Shown here in pieces: positions 48,654 through 55,557 of a DNA stretch of 64,000 bases (position 1 is the stretch's first letter; each line of letters starts with the position of its first letter). This DNA is from a virus, in IMG/VR virus record IMGVR_UViG_3300048591_001244, positions 15,205-79,204 of that record. One strand, given 5' to 3'. The translations under genes were made by a program, and so were the position numbers. Below the pieces are notes generated by a model, which made no database searches, was not told the DNA's origin, and saw nothing but the letters and a program-made list of their open reading frames with translations.

Positions 48654-48743
48654 GAAGGTGGGATTTTCACGCACTACACTCGATTAGAAGCACGTAAAAA
48701 GAAAAAGAAAAAATGAGCGTGGGAAACAATTAAATCATTTAAA

Positions 48744-49241
48744 ATGCAAAAGAACATTTTATTATTTGACGTAGAAAGCACAAGTTTACACGGAACAGGA
48801 TTTGCCGTTGGTGCTATTGTAGTAAACAGAGGCGGAACAGAACTTGACCGATTTGAACTATTAAGCAAGGAGGGGGCTGAAAAAGCAAATGGTTGGGTTA
48901 AACAAAATGTAATACCTAATCTTTCTGATATGCCGACTTGCGAAACAGACAAAGAGCTTCGGGATGCTTTTTTCAACTTCTACGTAAAGCACAAAGAAAC
49001 GGCAGAAATTTGGAGCGATGTAAATTTTCCAGTTGAAACAAACTTTTTACACGCTATTGTAAATGATGCTCCGACAGAAAGAGAATGGTCAATGCCATAT
49101 CCCTTGTTTGATGCTTCAACATTAGTAGATGTAAGCATTGACCGATGTGCAGAATGTGGAATTGATGGATTGAGAAAGCACAACCCACTTGATGACAGCC
49201 GTGCAAGTGTTTACTTTCTTTTGAAATCATTGGGTCACTAA
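48744..49241 (+). CDS. Cassette 7 cargo: DEDDh-type 3'-5' exonuclease-like protein
   Basis: LLFDVEST (ExoI) and KHNPLDDS (ExoIII-h) motifs. Confidence 0.75.
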   Translation: MQKNILLFDVESTSLHGTGFAVGAIVVNRGGTELDRFELLSKEGAEKANGWVKQNVIPNLSDMPTCETDKELRDAFFNFYVKHKETAEIWSDVNFPVETNFLHAIVNDAPTEREWSMPYPLFDASTLVDVSIDRCAECGIDGLRKHNPLDDSRASVYFLLKSLGH

Positions 49242-49388
49242 ATCATTTGAGCGTGGGCAGATTTTTTCTTTTTCTTTTTCCCGAAAGTTCAATCGAAGCA
49301 CTCCTGCCCACTTTCATATAACAATATATATCCGCATCTGCAAAATAAAACTACCGAATAATATTACTAACGATTAATATCCAGACCC

Positions 49389-49751
49389 ATGAAAACAATA
49401 ATTAAAGACTTGACGGGTGAGATGCCTGTGCAAGATATTGATGAGAAGCTCGGAATCATCTTGATGAAACACTACAAAGGTAATGATTACATAACAGATG
49501 ATGCAGTCAACGACATCCTTGCCCTCTTCGCCGACAAGCCAAAAGGTAAGCCGATTGAGTTTGTGTGGTTTATTTCTTGTGATGGAGAAGAACTAAAGCC
49601 AACAATAAAACCATCAGATTTCTCTGAAATTAATTTAATTTATAAAGACTACCACGGGTATGATATTTTCATTACATTCGATAAAAATGGATGCAAATAC
49701 CAATATCACGGCCACTGGAACGATGGCTATGTTGAAGGGAATGATAACTGA
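49389..49751 (+). CDS. Hypothetical protein
   Basis: 120 aa ORF. Confidence 0.55.
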   Translation: MKTIIKDLTGEMPVQDIDEKLGIILMKHYKGNDYITDDAVNDILALFADKPKGKPIEFVWFISCDGEELKPTIKPSDFSEINLIYKDYHGYDIFITFDKNGCKYQYHGHWNDGYVEGNDN

Positions 49752-49765
49752 TAAAAACTAAGAAG

Positions 49766-49966
49766 ATGAGCAAGAAAAAAACTGAAAAAAAATACCTATT
49801 GTACGATGGAAGGTACAGGACTGATGAAGATAAGGCGGTTTGTTACGAAATGTGTGACTCTTTGAAGGAGGCTAATGAAAACAAAGATGATTATGGAACA
49901 GACACTGTTATTGTTGAATGTGAAGTGTCTGGAAACAATTTAATTAATTCTAAAACTATAAACTAA
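49766..49966 (+). CDS. Hypothetical protein
   Basis: 66 aa ORF. Confidence 0.55.
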   Translation: MSKKKTEKKYLLYDGRYRTDEDKAVCYEMCDSLKEANENKDDYGTDTVIVECEVSGNNLINSKTIN

Positions 49967-49978
49967 CACCCCAACAAC

Positions 49979-50569
49979 ATGACACCCGAAGCACTTGTCT
50001 TTGACTTAGACACAATACTGGCAAACCTTGAATCATCTTTACATGGTCACACAGGCGATCAAGTAAGCGAAGCAAGAAACCTACTCGATCAACTTGAAAA
50101 GAAAATTATATCAGACCGAGACACCCACGCCCGACAGATGGCTGTGGAGTTTTGCATTCACAAAGATACTGACGGAAAAAGAACATCGGAGAATGATTAT
50201 AAACGAGCCTTTGACACCTATTCAGCGTATGATAAATGGTTCGACACCTTCACCGCAACTAATAACAACCCAAAAACCCCAACAATCATGAGCAAAGAAA
50301 TCGAATTTAGAGACTTAACAAGCGTAGAGGACGCAGGAGCGTTTGCAGTAGGTTTATCAGAGCACCTGTCAGCACAACAACAAGGATTCTTTGTAGCGGG
50401 ATTTCAGGAGTGCTACAAGTATCTCATCGCATCAACTGACAGGAAGGAGGACAAGTCGTGTCCGATTTGCAATGGAATGGGGTGGCATTTTACAGATGAG
50501 TGGATTGGACAATTACAAGAAAGAAGAAAGTGCCAGTGTGCATCTAACCCAAAGGAGGACAAGGGATGA
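49979..50569 (+). CDS. Mosaic hypothetical protein with C-terminal DnaJ-like CxxCxGxG module
   Basis: Internal leader-like NNNPKTPTI-M segment; KEDK repeated around CPICNGMG...CQC. Confidence 0.55.
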   Translation: MTPEALVFDLDTILANLESSLHGHTGDQVSEARNLLDQLEKKIISDRDTHARQMAVEFCIHKDTDGKRTSENDYKRAFDTYSAYDKWFDTFTATNNNPKTPTIMSKEIEFRDLTSVEDAGAFAVGLSEHLSAQQQGFFVAGFQECYKYLIASTDRKEDKSCPICNGMGWHFTDEWIGQLQERRKCQCASNPKEDKG

Positions 50570-50644
50570 TTTGCTACAAAGACATAACCTTCTGAATGCA
50601 GGGATGAGGTGAGTAAGGGGATTGAGGACTTAAAATAAAGGACT

Positions 50645-50911
50645 ATGCCACGAATGAAAAATACAACAGGCGAAAATGTAGAAGATGTGACTATTAAATA
50701 TAGTTGGATTTCTATTCCAAAGGATTTTGAAAACATAGAGGACACTTCAAAAACGGATGACTTCTTAGTGAATCCGAGGGTAGCCGAATACATTGAGTTC
50801 TTAGAGCTACAAAGAGATAAGGAAACGCTGACCGTCATTAGTCACATGACATCTTTAAATGACGCTCACTTGCAACACAAGGTACTTAACACCACCCCAC
50901 CAAACAACTAA
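50645..50911 (+). CDS. Hypothetical protein
   Basis: 88 aa ORF. Confidence 0.45.
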   Translation: MPRMKNTTGENVEDVTIKYSWISIPKDFENIEDTSKTDDFLVNPRVAEYIEFLELQRDKETLTVISHMTSLNDAHLQHKVLNTTPPNN

Positions 50912-50923
50912 ACAACTGATAAG

Positions 50924-51169
50924 ATGAAAGCATATAAGATAAAACTGGCACGAGAAAAGCTGACTAGTCGAAAGTTTCTTGAAAAAAGATTATTGAAAAT
51001 AGCCTACAAGCTACTGTACTTGGAAAACTTTGAGAAGTTTGAGTGTAGTAGTTTTTTCAAAGGTGAATTACTCGCAGAACTGAATTTCAAAACATACCTA
51101 TCTGAAAAGAAGAAATGGGAAAGATTGGCAGACCGAACAAAAGAGCTATTAGCACGAGTTGTTGACTAA
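50924..51169 (+). CDS. Basic hypothetical protein
   Basis: 81 aa ORF. Confidence 0.5.
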   Translation: MKAYKIKLAREKLTSRKFLEKRLLKIAYKLLYLENFEKFECSSFFKGELLAELNFKTYLSEKKKWERLADRTKELLARVVD

Positions 51170-51200
51170 CCCCCCCCCATCGGCATTGACCGATGATTAA

Positions 51201-51521
51201 ATGAAGGATATGAAAATAAACTGGATCACACCAAAAGAAATACTAGAGCTTGAAAAAGAGCTAGGCTTCACACTTGAAGCAAACGAACGAGCAGAAAGAT
51301 TACGCGGATTGAAAAGATTCTACGTTTTATTTAAGGACGGTCATGCAATGGAGTCAAGTTGCTTGGTTGGCTACTCGGGCAACGGCGACACCGTTGATGA
51401 AGCCCTAAAAGATTACTGCAATCACATTTCGGGAAAGCGAATGGCGTTCAATGCTTATTCACAAAACAGAACCGAAGTACAGTTGCCTAGACTTGTTCAC
51501 ACTAAACTATTAGGATACTAA
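51201..51521 (+). CDS. Hypothetical protein
   Basis: 106 aa, GNGDTVDEALKDY motif. Confidence 0.55.
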   Translation: MKDMKINWITPKEILELEKELGFTLEANERAERLRGLKRFYVLFKDGHAMESSCLVGYSGNGDTVDEALKDYCNHISGKRMAFNAYSQNRTEVQLPRLVHTKLLGY

Positions 51522-51580
51522 CCATGACACGCCACCCCGACAAGCTGATTAAATGAACCAAACACTAACAACCAAAAACT

Positions 51581-51943
51581 ATGACAACATTAATTATTCT
51601 AATTGTGATTATTGCAGTAGGCGTGAAACTTCTTAATAGCTGGGACTTTGGCATGCTCGGAGGTCTTATGGCTGTGTTCGGCTCAATATTATTGCTGATT
51701 CATCTTCTATGCTGGGGTTTTGTATCCTACTACGACTACAACCAATTCAAAACGCAGCGCAACGCTTTTGAACAAACACTAAAGAGTGCAAGAGCTAACG
51801 GCAACCAATACGAAACGGCAGCAATTGTAAAAGAAGTTGCCGAGTGGAATATTAAACTAGCATCAAAGAAGTACGACAATACGATTTGGGTTTTTGGCCA
51901 ATACATTGATGATCGAATAGACTCACTTAATCCAATACGATAG
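51581..51943 (+). CDS. Membrane protein (2 N-terminal TM helices)
   Basis: Two hydrophobic segments followed by a soluble domain. Confidence 0.65.
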   Translation: MTTLIILIVIIAVGVKLLNSWDFGMLGGLMAVFGSILLLIHLLCWGFVSYYDYNQFKTQRNAFEQTLKSARANGNQYETAAIVKEVAEWNIKLASKKYDNTIWVFGQYIDDRIDSLNPIR

Positions 51944-51947
51944 AATC

Positions 51948-52193
51948 ATGAAAAAAATCAAACTACTGATAAAATGTTTTTTGCTATTTATGTTGGTAGT
52001 TATCATCTTCTGGAGCTTTAAAGTCATAGCTCAGGAGCCGGATACCACTCTCTACCATCGCATGAACCCAGATACAATTATTGTTGCGGTATTCCCTAAA
52101 GCATTGTTCGACTCTGTCCAAAGAGGATACAAAGGACCGGAAGGATATTGTCCACCGAAAAGCGTAAGATATTATCGGATACTAAAGAAATAA
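51948..52193 (+). CDS. Small secreted or membrane-anchored protein
   Basis: Basic N-terminus followed by a hydrophobic helix. Confidence 0.5.
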   Translation: MKKIKLLIKCFLLFMLVVIIFWSFKVIAQEPDTTLYHRMNPDTIIVAVFPKALFDSVQRGYKGPEGYCPPKSVRYYRILKK

Positions 52194-52223
52194 TTTTTCT
52201 TTACTCTAATTATCGCTATGAAC
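52187..52223 (+). promoter_or_regulatory. Phage promoter-like motif copy 3 plus translation start (37-bp repeat)
   Basis: 35/37 identical to 53240-53276. Confidence 0.65.
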
Positions 52224-52637
52224 TATGACAACCCAACATTCAAAATTGAAAATCGCTTGAGCGAACCTGCAAAGATGATCATCGATCCATTAAAACATGA
52301 GTCTGTTCATCAGGTTATGTTCTGTAAAATTCCATTTGGAAACGAACACAAATTACTGAGTAAGTATTCCGGACATGATCCAAAAGCAATGTACCCCGGA
52401 GGTAAGATTCATTGGCTTTACACCATTGAAGAGCCATGTGGATGCCAAATTACTGCCATGTCAGGAGTTTGTGCTGGACACAATGATTACAATGAGATAT
52501 TACAGTCTCTTAACGAGAACCTGTCAAAAAAGTATCCATTGTTCAGTCTGAAACCAGTAAAACCTGTATTTCGTAATCTGGACGGAACCCTTGCAAACTT
52601 GGATCCTGAGTATCTTGAAGCAATCTTACATGACTAA
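52218..52637 (+). CDS. Hypothetical protein
   Basis: 139 aa, starts within the repeat. Confidence 0.6.
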   Translation: MNYDNPTFKIENRLSEPAKMIIDPLKHESVHQVMFCKIPFGNEHKLLSKYSGHDPKAMYPGGKIHWLYTIEEPCGCQITAMSGVCAGHNDYNEILQSLNENLSKKYPLFSLKPVKPVFRNLDGTLANLDPEYLEAILHD

Positions 52638-52643
52638 CCCAAT

Positions 52644-52675
52644 AACTCCTGATATCTAATGGTATCAGGAGTTTA
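52644..52675 (+). terminator. Hairpin / terminator
   Basis: AACTCCTGATA...TATCAGGAGTT. Confidence 0.55.
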
Positions 52676-52691
52676 AATTCTAATTCAAAAA

Positions 52692-52922
52692 ATGGAAAAA
52701 AAAGCAATTAAAACCACAACAGTGAGCTTTAACAGCTCTACACTTGACACTGGAACGTACAATCACAAAACCAGAGATCTTATCATCCGGTTTAAGAAAG
52801 GTGCCGCATACCTCTATTCTGACGTTCCTGAGCCAATTTGGGATGGCCTTGTAAAAACATCCTCTCCGGGAACTTATCACGCTCAAAATATCAAAGAAAA
52901 CTATCAATTTACAAAGCTATGA
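52692..52922 (+). CDS. KTSC domain protein
   Basis: SS.L....Y......L.I.FK.G..Y.Y.DVP...W..L....S.G.Y...NIK..Y pattern. Confidence 0.85.
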   Translation: MEKKAIKTTTVSFNSSTLDTGTYNHKTRDLIIRFKKGAAYLYSDVPEPIWDGLVKTSSPGTYHAQNIKENYQFTKL

Positions 52923-53236
52923 ACAAACTATGGAAGCCTCAAAATCCTAAAAGAACTCTTAAAGAAATGATACATATGTTCTCTAATGAGATCAATATCA
53001 TTCAAAAGTTCAGTAAAGACAAAGCAAGCATTAAAATTATTGCTGACTATCCACAGAAAGGATGCTCTGTTAAAATAACAGTTGATGGTACTACCATTTG
53101 GGATTACACTGTCATTGACAAAGTGAACAAAGATAATGCAATCTATCAGGTCTGCGGGAACCTTATCTACAATCTACTTCAAGGAAATATTGTATTTCCA
53201 TACAAAGGAAAAGCAAGAAACCTTATTGCAGATTAG
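52919..53236 (+). CDS. Hypothetical protein
   Basis: ATGA overlap with the KTSC stop; in frame with track ORF 52838-53236. Confidence 0.55.
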   Translation: MNKLWKPQNPKRTLKEMIHMFSNEINIIQKFSKDKASIKIIADYPQKGCSVKITVDGTTIWDYTVIDKVNKDNAIYQVCGNLIYNLLQGNIVFPYKGKARNLIAD

Positions 53237-53239
53237 GGA

Positions 53240-53276
53240 GAAATAGTTTTTCTTTATTCTAATTATCGCTATGAAC
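53240..53276 (+). promoter_or_regulatory. Phage promoter-like motif copy 4 plus translation start
   Basis: 35/37 identical to 52187-52223. Confidence 0.65.
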
Positions 53277-53489
53277 AACATTATGCTACAATCTCAAGGA
53301 ACCAAATGTAAGGCAAAGTCTGACCTGCCTATTGTTCTTGTCAACAATCGAAGACACATTATTGACAAAGAAAAACGACAAATTCAGGACGAAAGAATGC
53401 CCTGGTTAATCATCAAATATGATGAACTGAATATCGATCAGTGCTCTGCTATCAGTGAACAACTTGATAACATAGAATGGTTTAATTAA
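53271..53489 (+). CDS. Hypothetical protein
   Basis: 72 aa ORF. Confidence 0.5.
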   Translation: MNNIMLQSQGTKCKAKSDLPIVLVNNRRHIIDKEKRQIQDERMPWLIIKYDELNIDQCSAISEQLDNIEWFN

Positions 53490-53494
53490 GTATA

Positions 53495-53525
53495 ATTTGT
53501 TATTTACAACAAATTTATATCTTTG
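53495..53525 (+). promoter_or_regulatory. Bacteroidota-type promoter overlapped by the palindromic operator
   Basis: TTTG...TATCTTTG (53518-53525); ATTTGTTA-TTTA-CAACAAAT. Confidence 0.6.
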
Positions 53526-53529
53526 CGAT

Positions 53530-53799
53530 GTGATTTGAATGACAGCCTTCCTTAGAACATGCATTAGGATCAAAGGTTTTGAAATATGCGTGTCGTCGGA
53601 ACATTCCGGGAACAATACGGAACTTGTTTCATCTTAAATAGCGTTATAGCATCTTGAATACCCATATTTATATATGGAGTGCTTGTGAAAGATAGATTTG
53701 TTAAGCGCTATTATTTGCATTGTCGTCGATTTCAATTTGTCATATTGGTTTCGGGTCATAGCTGAGAGCTGAGGGGAAACCCTCAGTTCTCTTTTTTTT
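53530..53799 (+). ncRNA. Candidate structured small RNA or leader
   Basis: Lies between a promoter and a strong terminator; nested stems AATAGCG/CGCTATT, CCATAT/ATATGG and TTCCG/CGGAA; only a 32-aa sense ORF. Confidence 0.35.
53764..53799 (+). terminator. Rho-independent terminator
   Basis: GAGAGCTGAGGG-GAAA-CCCTCAGTTCTC followed by a T run. Confidence 0.85.
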
Positions 53800-53819
53800 A
53801 ATTTTAATTTTAAAAAGCT

Positions 53820-54479
53820 ATGTTTACAAAACTATTTGAAAAGATTATCAACGAAGATTCGCTGACGCTTGTTATTACAAAAAAAGATAACCATCTTAGC
53901 GTATCGGTCAATATGACCAAAAACAAAGACCTCTCACCGGTAACGATGAAAGGCACACCTGAAGAACTTGACGAAAATTTTATCAAGGCTCTTACACCAC
54001 CATTAGATTCTATCAGAGCACTATTCAAAGTTAATACAGAAGCTTTTGATGAATCAGTGAAGGAGGCAGAGGAGAAGAAAGACAAGCTCGATAAAAAGAA
54101 CGCTAAGGCCCAAAAGAGAGCCCCTACCAAAGCAGAAGCAAAGAAGCCTGATCCTGTCAGTCCAATGGTTGAAATGAGAAGCCTCATGGCTGAAAGCAGA
54201 TTCAAAGAAGCTAAAGAAGATCTGATCAAGCTGATTCCTAAGCTTAAAGGTGCAGAAAAGAAAGAAGCTGAAAAGCTACTTTATGACTGCAGAGAAGAAC
54301 TGGCAAAAATCAACTTTGATGCCGATCCTGTAGAGCCTGAACCGATAAAACCTGAAGAAGAAGAGCTTGACCCTGAAACATTGGATGATTTCGATGAAGA
54401 AGAAGCTTTAAGTAACTCAGATGATGAAGAAACTCTTGAAGAAGAGGAAGAAACAGAAGATGATCCTGATAACTTTTAA
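53820..54479 (+). CDS. PRTRC system protein E-like
   Basis: MF..L....LTLVI......LSVSV....P.TMKGTPEELDENFIKALTPP; Lys-rich middle, acidic tail. Confidence 0.8.
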   Translation: MFTKLFEKIINEDSLTLVITKKDNHLSVSVNMTKNKDLSPVTMKGTPEELDENFIKALTPPLDSIRALFKVNTEAFDESVKEAEEKKDKLDKKNAKAQKRAPTKAEAKKPDPVSPMVEMRSLMAESRFKEAKEDLIKLIPKLKGAEKKEAEKLLYDCREELAKINFDADPVEPEPIKPEEEELDPETLDDFDEEEALSNSDDEETLEEEEETEDDPDNF

Positions 54480-54491
54480 TCCAACAACACT

Positions 54492-54710
54492 ATGCTTGAA
54501 GTAAAACCAATACCCAGAATTTTCAAAGCTACCATTGATGGAAATGAAATGACACTTTCTGATCCTAATCCGGAGCTTACACCAAAACAAGTTATTGAGC
54601 ATTACGCCAATATGTATCCTGAGATTACTAATTCAAAATTAGATGCAGGGAAAATTGAAGATGACACACTTGTATTTAACATAAACAATGAAAAAGGACA
54701 ACACGGTTAA
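54492..54710 (+). CDS. PRTRC system protein C-like (prokaryotic ubiquitin-like)
   Basis: R.F......LSDPNPELTP.QV..HYANMYPEITN...G; ends in KGQHG. Confidence 0.85.
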   Translation: MLEVKPIPRIFKATIDGNEMTLSDPNPELTPKQVIEHYANMYPEITNSKLDAGKIEDDTLVFNINNEKGQHG

Positions 54711-54814
54711 CAATCTGTTATTGTTTTTGAAAGAAAAAAGAGAGGGGCAAAAAGCTATCTCTCTTTCTTTTGAAAAAGATATGCCACCAAAAATATTATC
54801 TAATCTTATTCAAC

Positions 54815-55105
54815 ATGACAGAGCTTATCGAATTAAGAAATGAAGTAATGAAAAGGCGCAAAATACTTTACGAGTTAAAAAAAGTCTTTGGATTTGAAAT
54901 TCCATTGGATGATATGTTGACCGGCTTAACTATTAAGCCACAAGTTGATATTTTTAAACTCGATCAAGAATTTCGTTACAGAGAATCAAATTGGGAATAT
55001 CTTCCTGAAGCTGCTTTGTATAAAGGAAAATCTTGCTCTATGCAAGAGTACATATCTTTAAAATACGGAAAAGAAGTGCTAGAAAAATTCAAACAACTAT
55101 TATGA
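54815..55105 (+). CDS. Hypothetical protein
   Basis: ATG 54815 in frame with the track ORF. Confidence 0.55.
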   Translation: MTELIELRNEVMKRRKILYELKKVFGFEIPLDDMLTGLTIKPQVDIFKLDQEFRYRESNWEYLPEAALYKGKSCSMQEYISLKYGKEVLEKFKQLL

Positions 55106-55329
55106 GCAAAACCAAATTGAGAGTATTGAGTCCAGATGGATTTGATATTGAAAGAGACAAAACGTATGATACCAAAGAAGAAGCTTTTGAAGCAATGGAA
55201 AATTTCATTCAGCGATTTCAACGGCAAGGATATTATTCTCTTTCAAATCGAACACGACTGCCATTAACAGAAATCAGAGAAAGATGTCGAATCGTTCCTT
55301 TTGAAGAACAGGAAGATGACACAAACTGA
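55102..55329 (+). CDS. Hypothetical protein
   Basis: ATGA overlap; VLSPDGFDI...QGYYS. Confidence 0.55.
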   Translation: MSKTKLRVLSPDGFDIERDKTYDTKEEAFEAMENFIQRFQRQGYYSLSNRTRLPLTEIRERCRIVPFEEQEDDTN

Positions 55330-55546
55330 ATATGAGCGTCAAGATCCTGCAATCATGCGTCCAATAGGATCTGTTTATATTGAACGGTTTCAAGTCTGGC
55401 GTGAGAATAAAAGAGACATTTATGTGGTTCATTTAAACATAGGTGACTTCTCTTACACTACAAAAAGTGACAATAATGATATTTTGTATACAATGGATTC
55501 TGACGGAAATCCAAAAGAAGCATCCGTATTTAGAAAACCCTATTAA
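55316..55546 (+). CDS. Hypothetical protein
   Basis: In frame with track ORF 55301-55546. Confidence 0.5.
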   Translation: MTQTEYERQDPAIMRPIGSVYIERFQVWRENKRDIYVVHLNIGDFSYTTKSDNNDILYTMDSDGNPKEASVFRKPY

Positions 55547-55557
55547 TAAAACAAGCT

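Larger units (their letters stand above)
47988..49322 (+). mobile_element. Integron-like cassette array B (3 complete cassettes, hairpins H5, H6a, H6b)
   Basis: IR pairs 47988/48215, 48336/48508 and 48647/49322. Confidence 0.8.

Noticed and set aside
44514-49322. Hairpins read as terminators, CRISPR repeats or MITEs
   Set aside because: They lack U-tails, identical repeats, regular spacers and target-site duplications. The IRs are cassette-specific and anchored on GTT/AAC.
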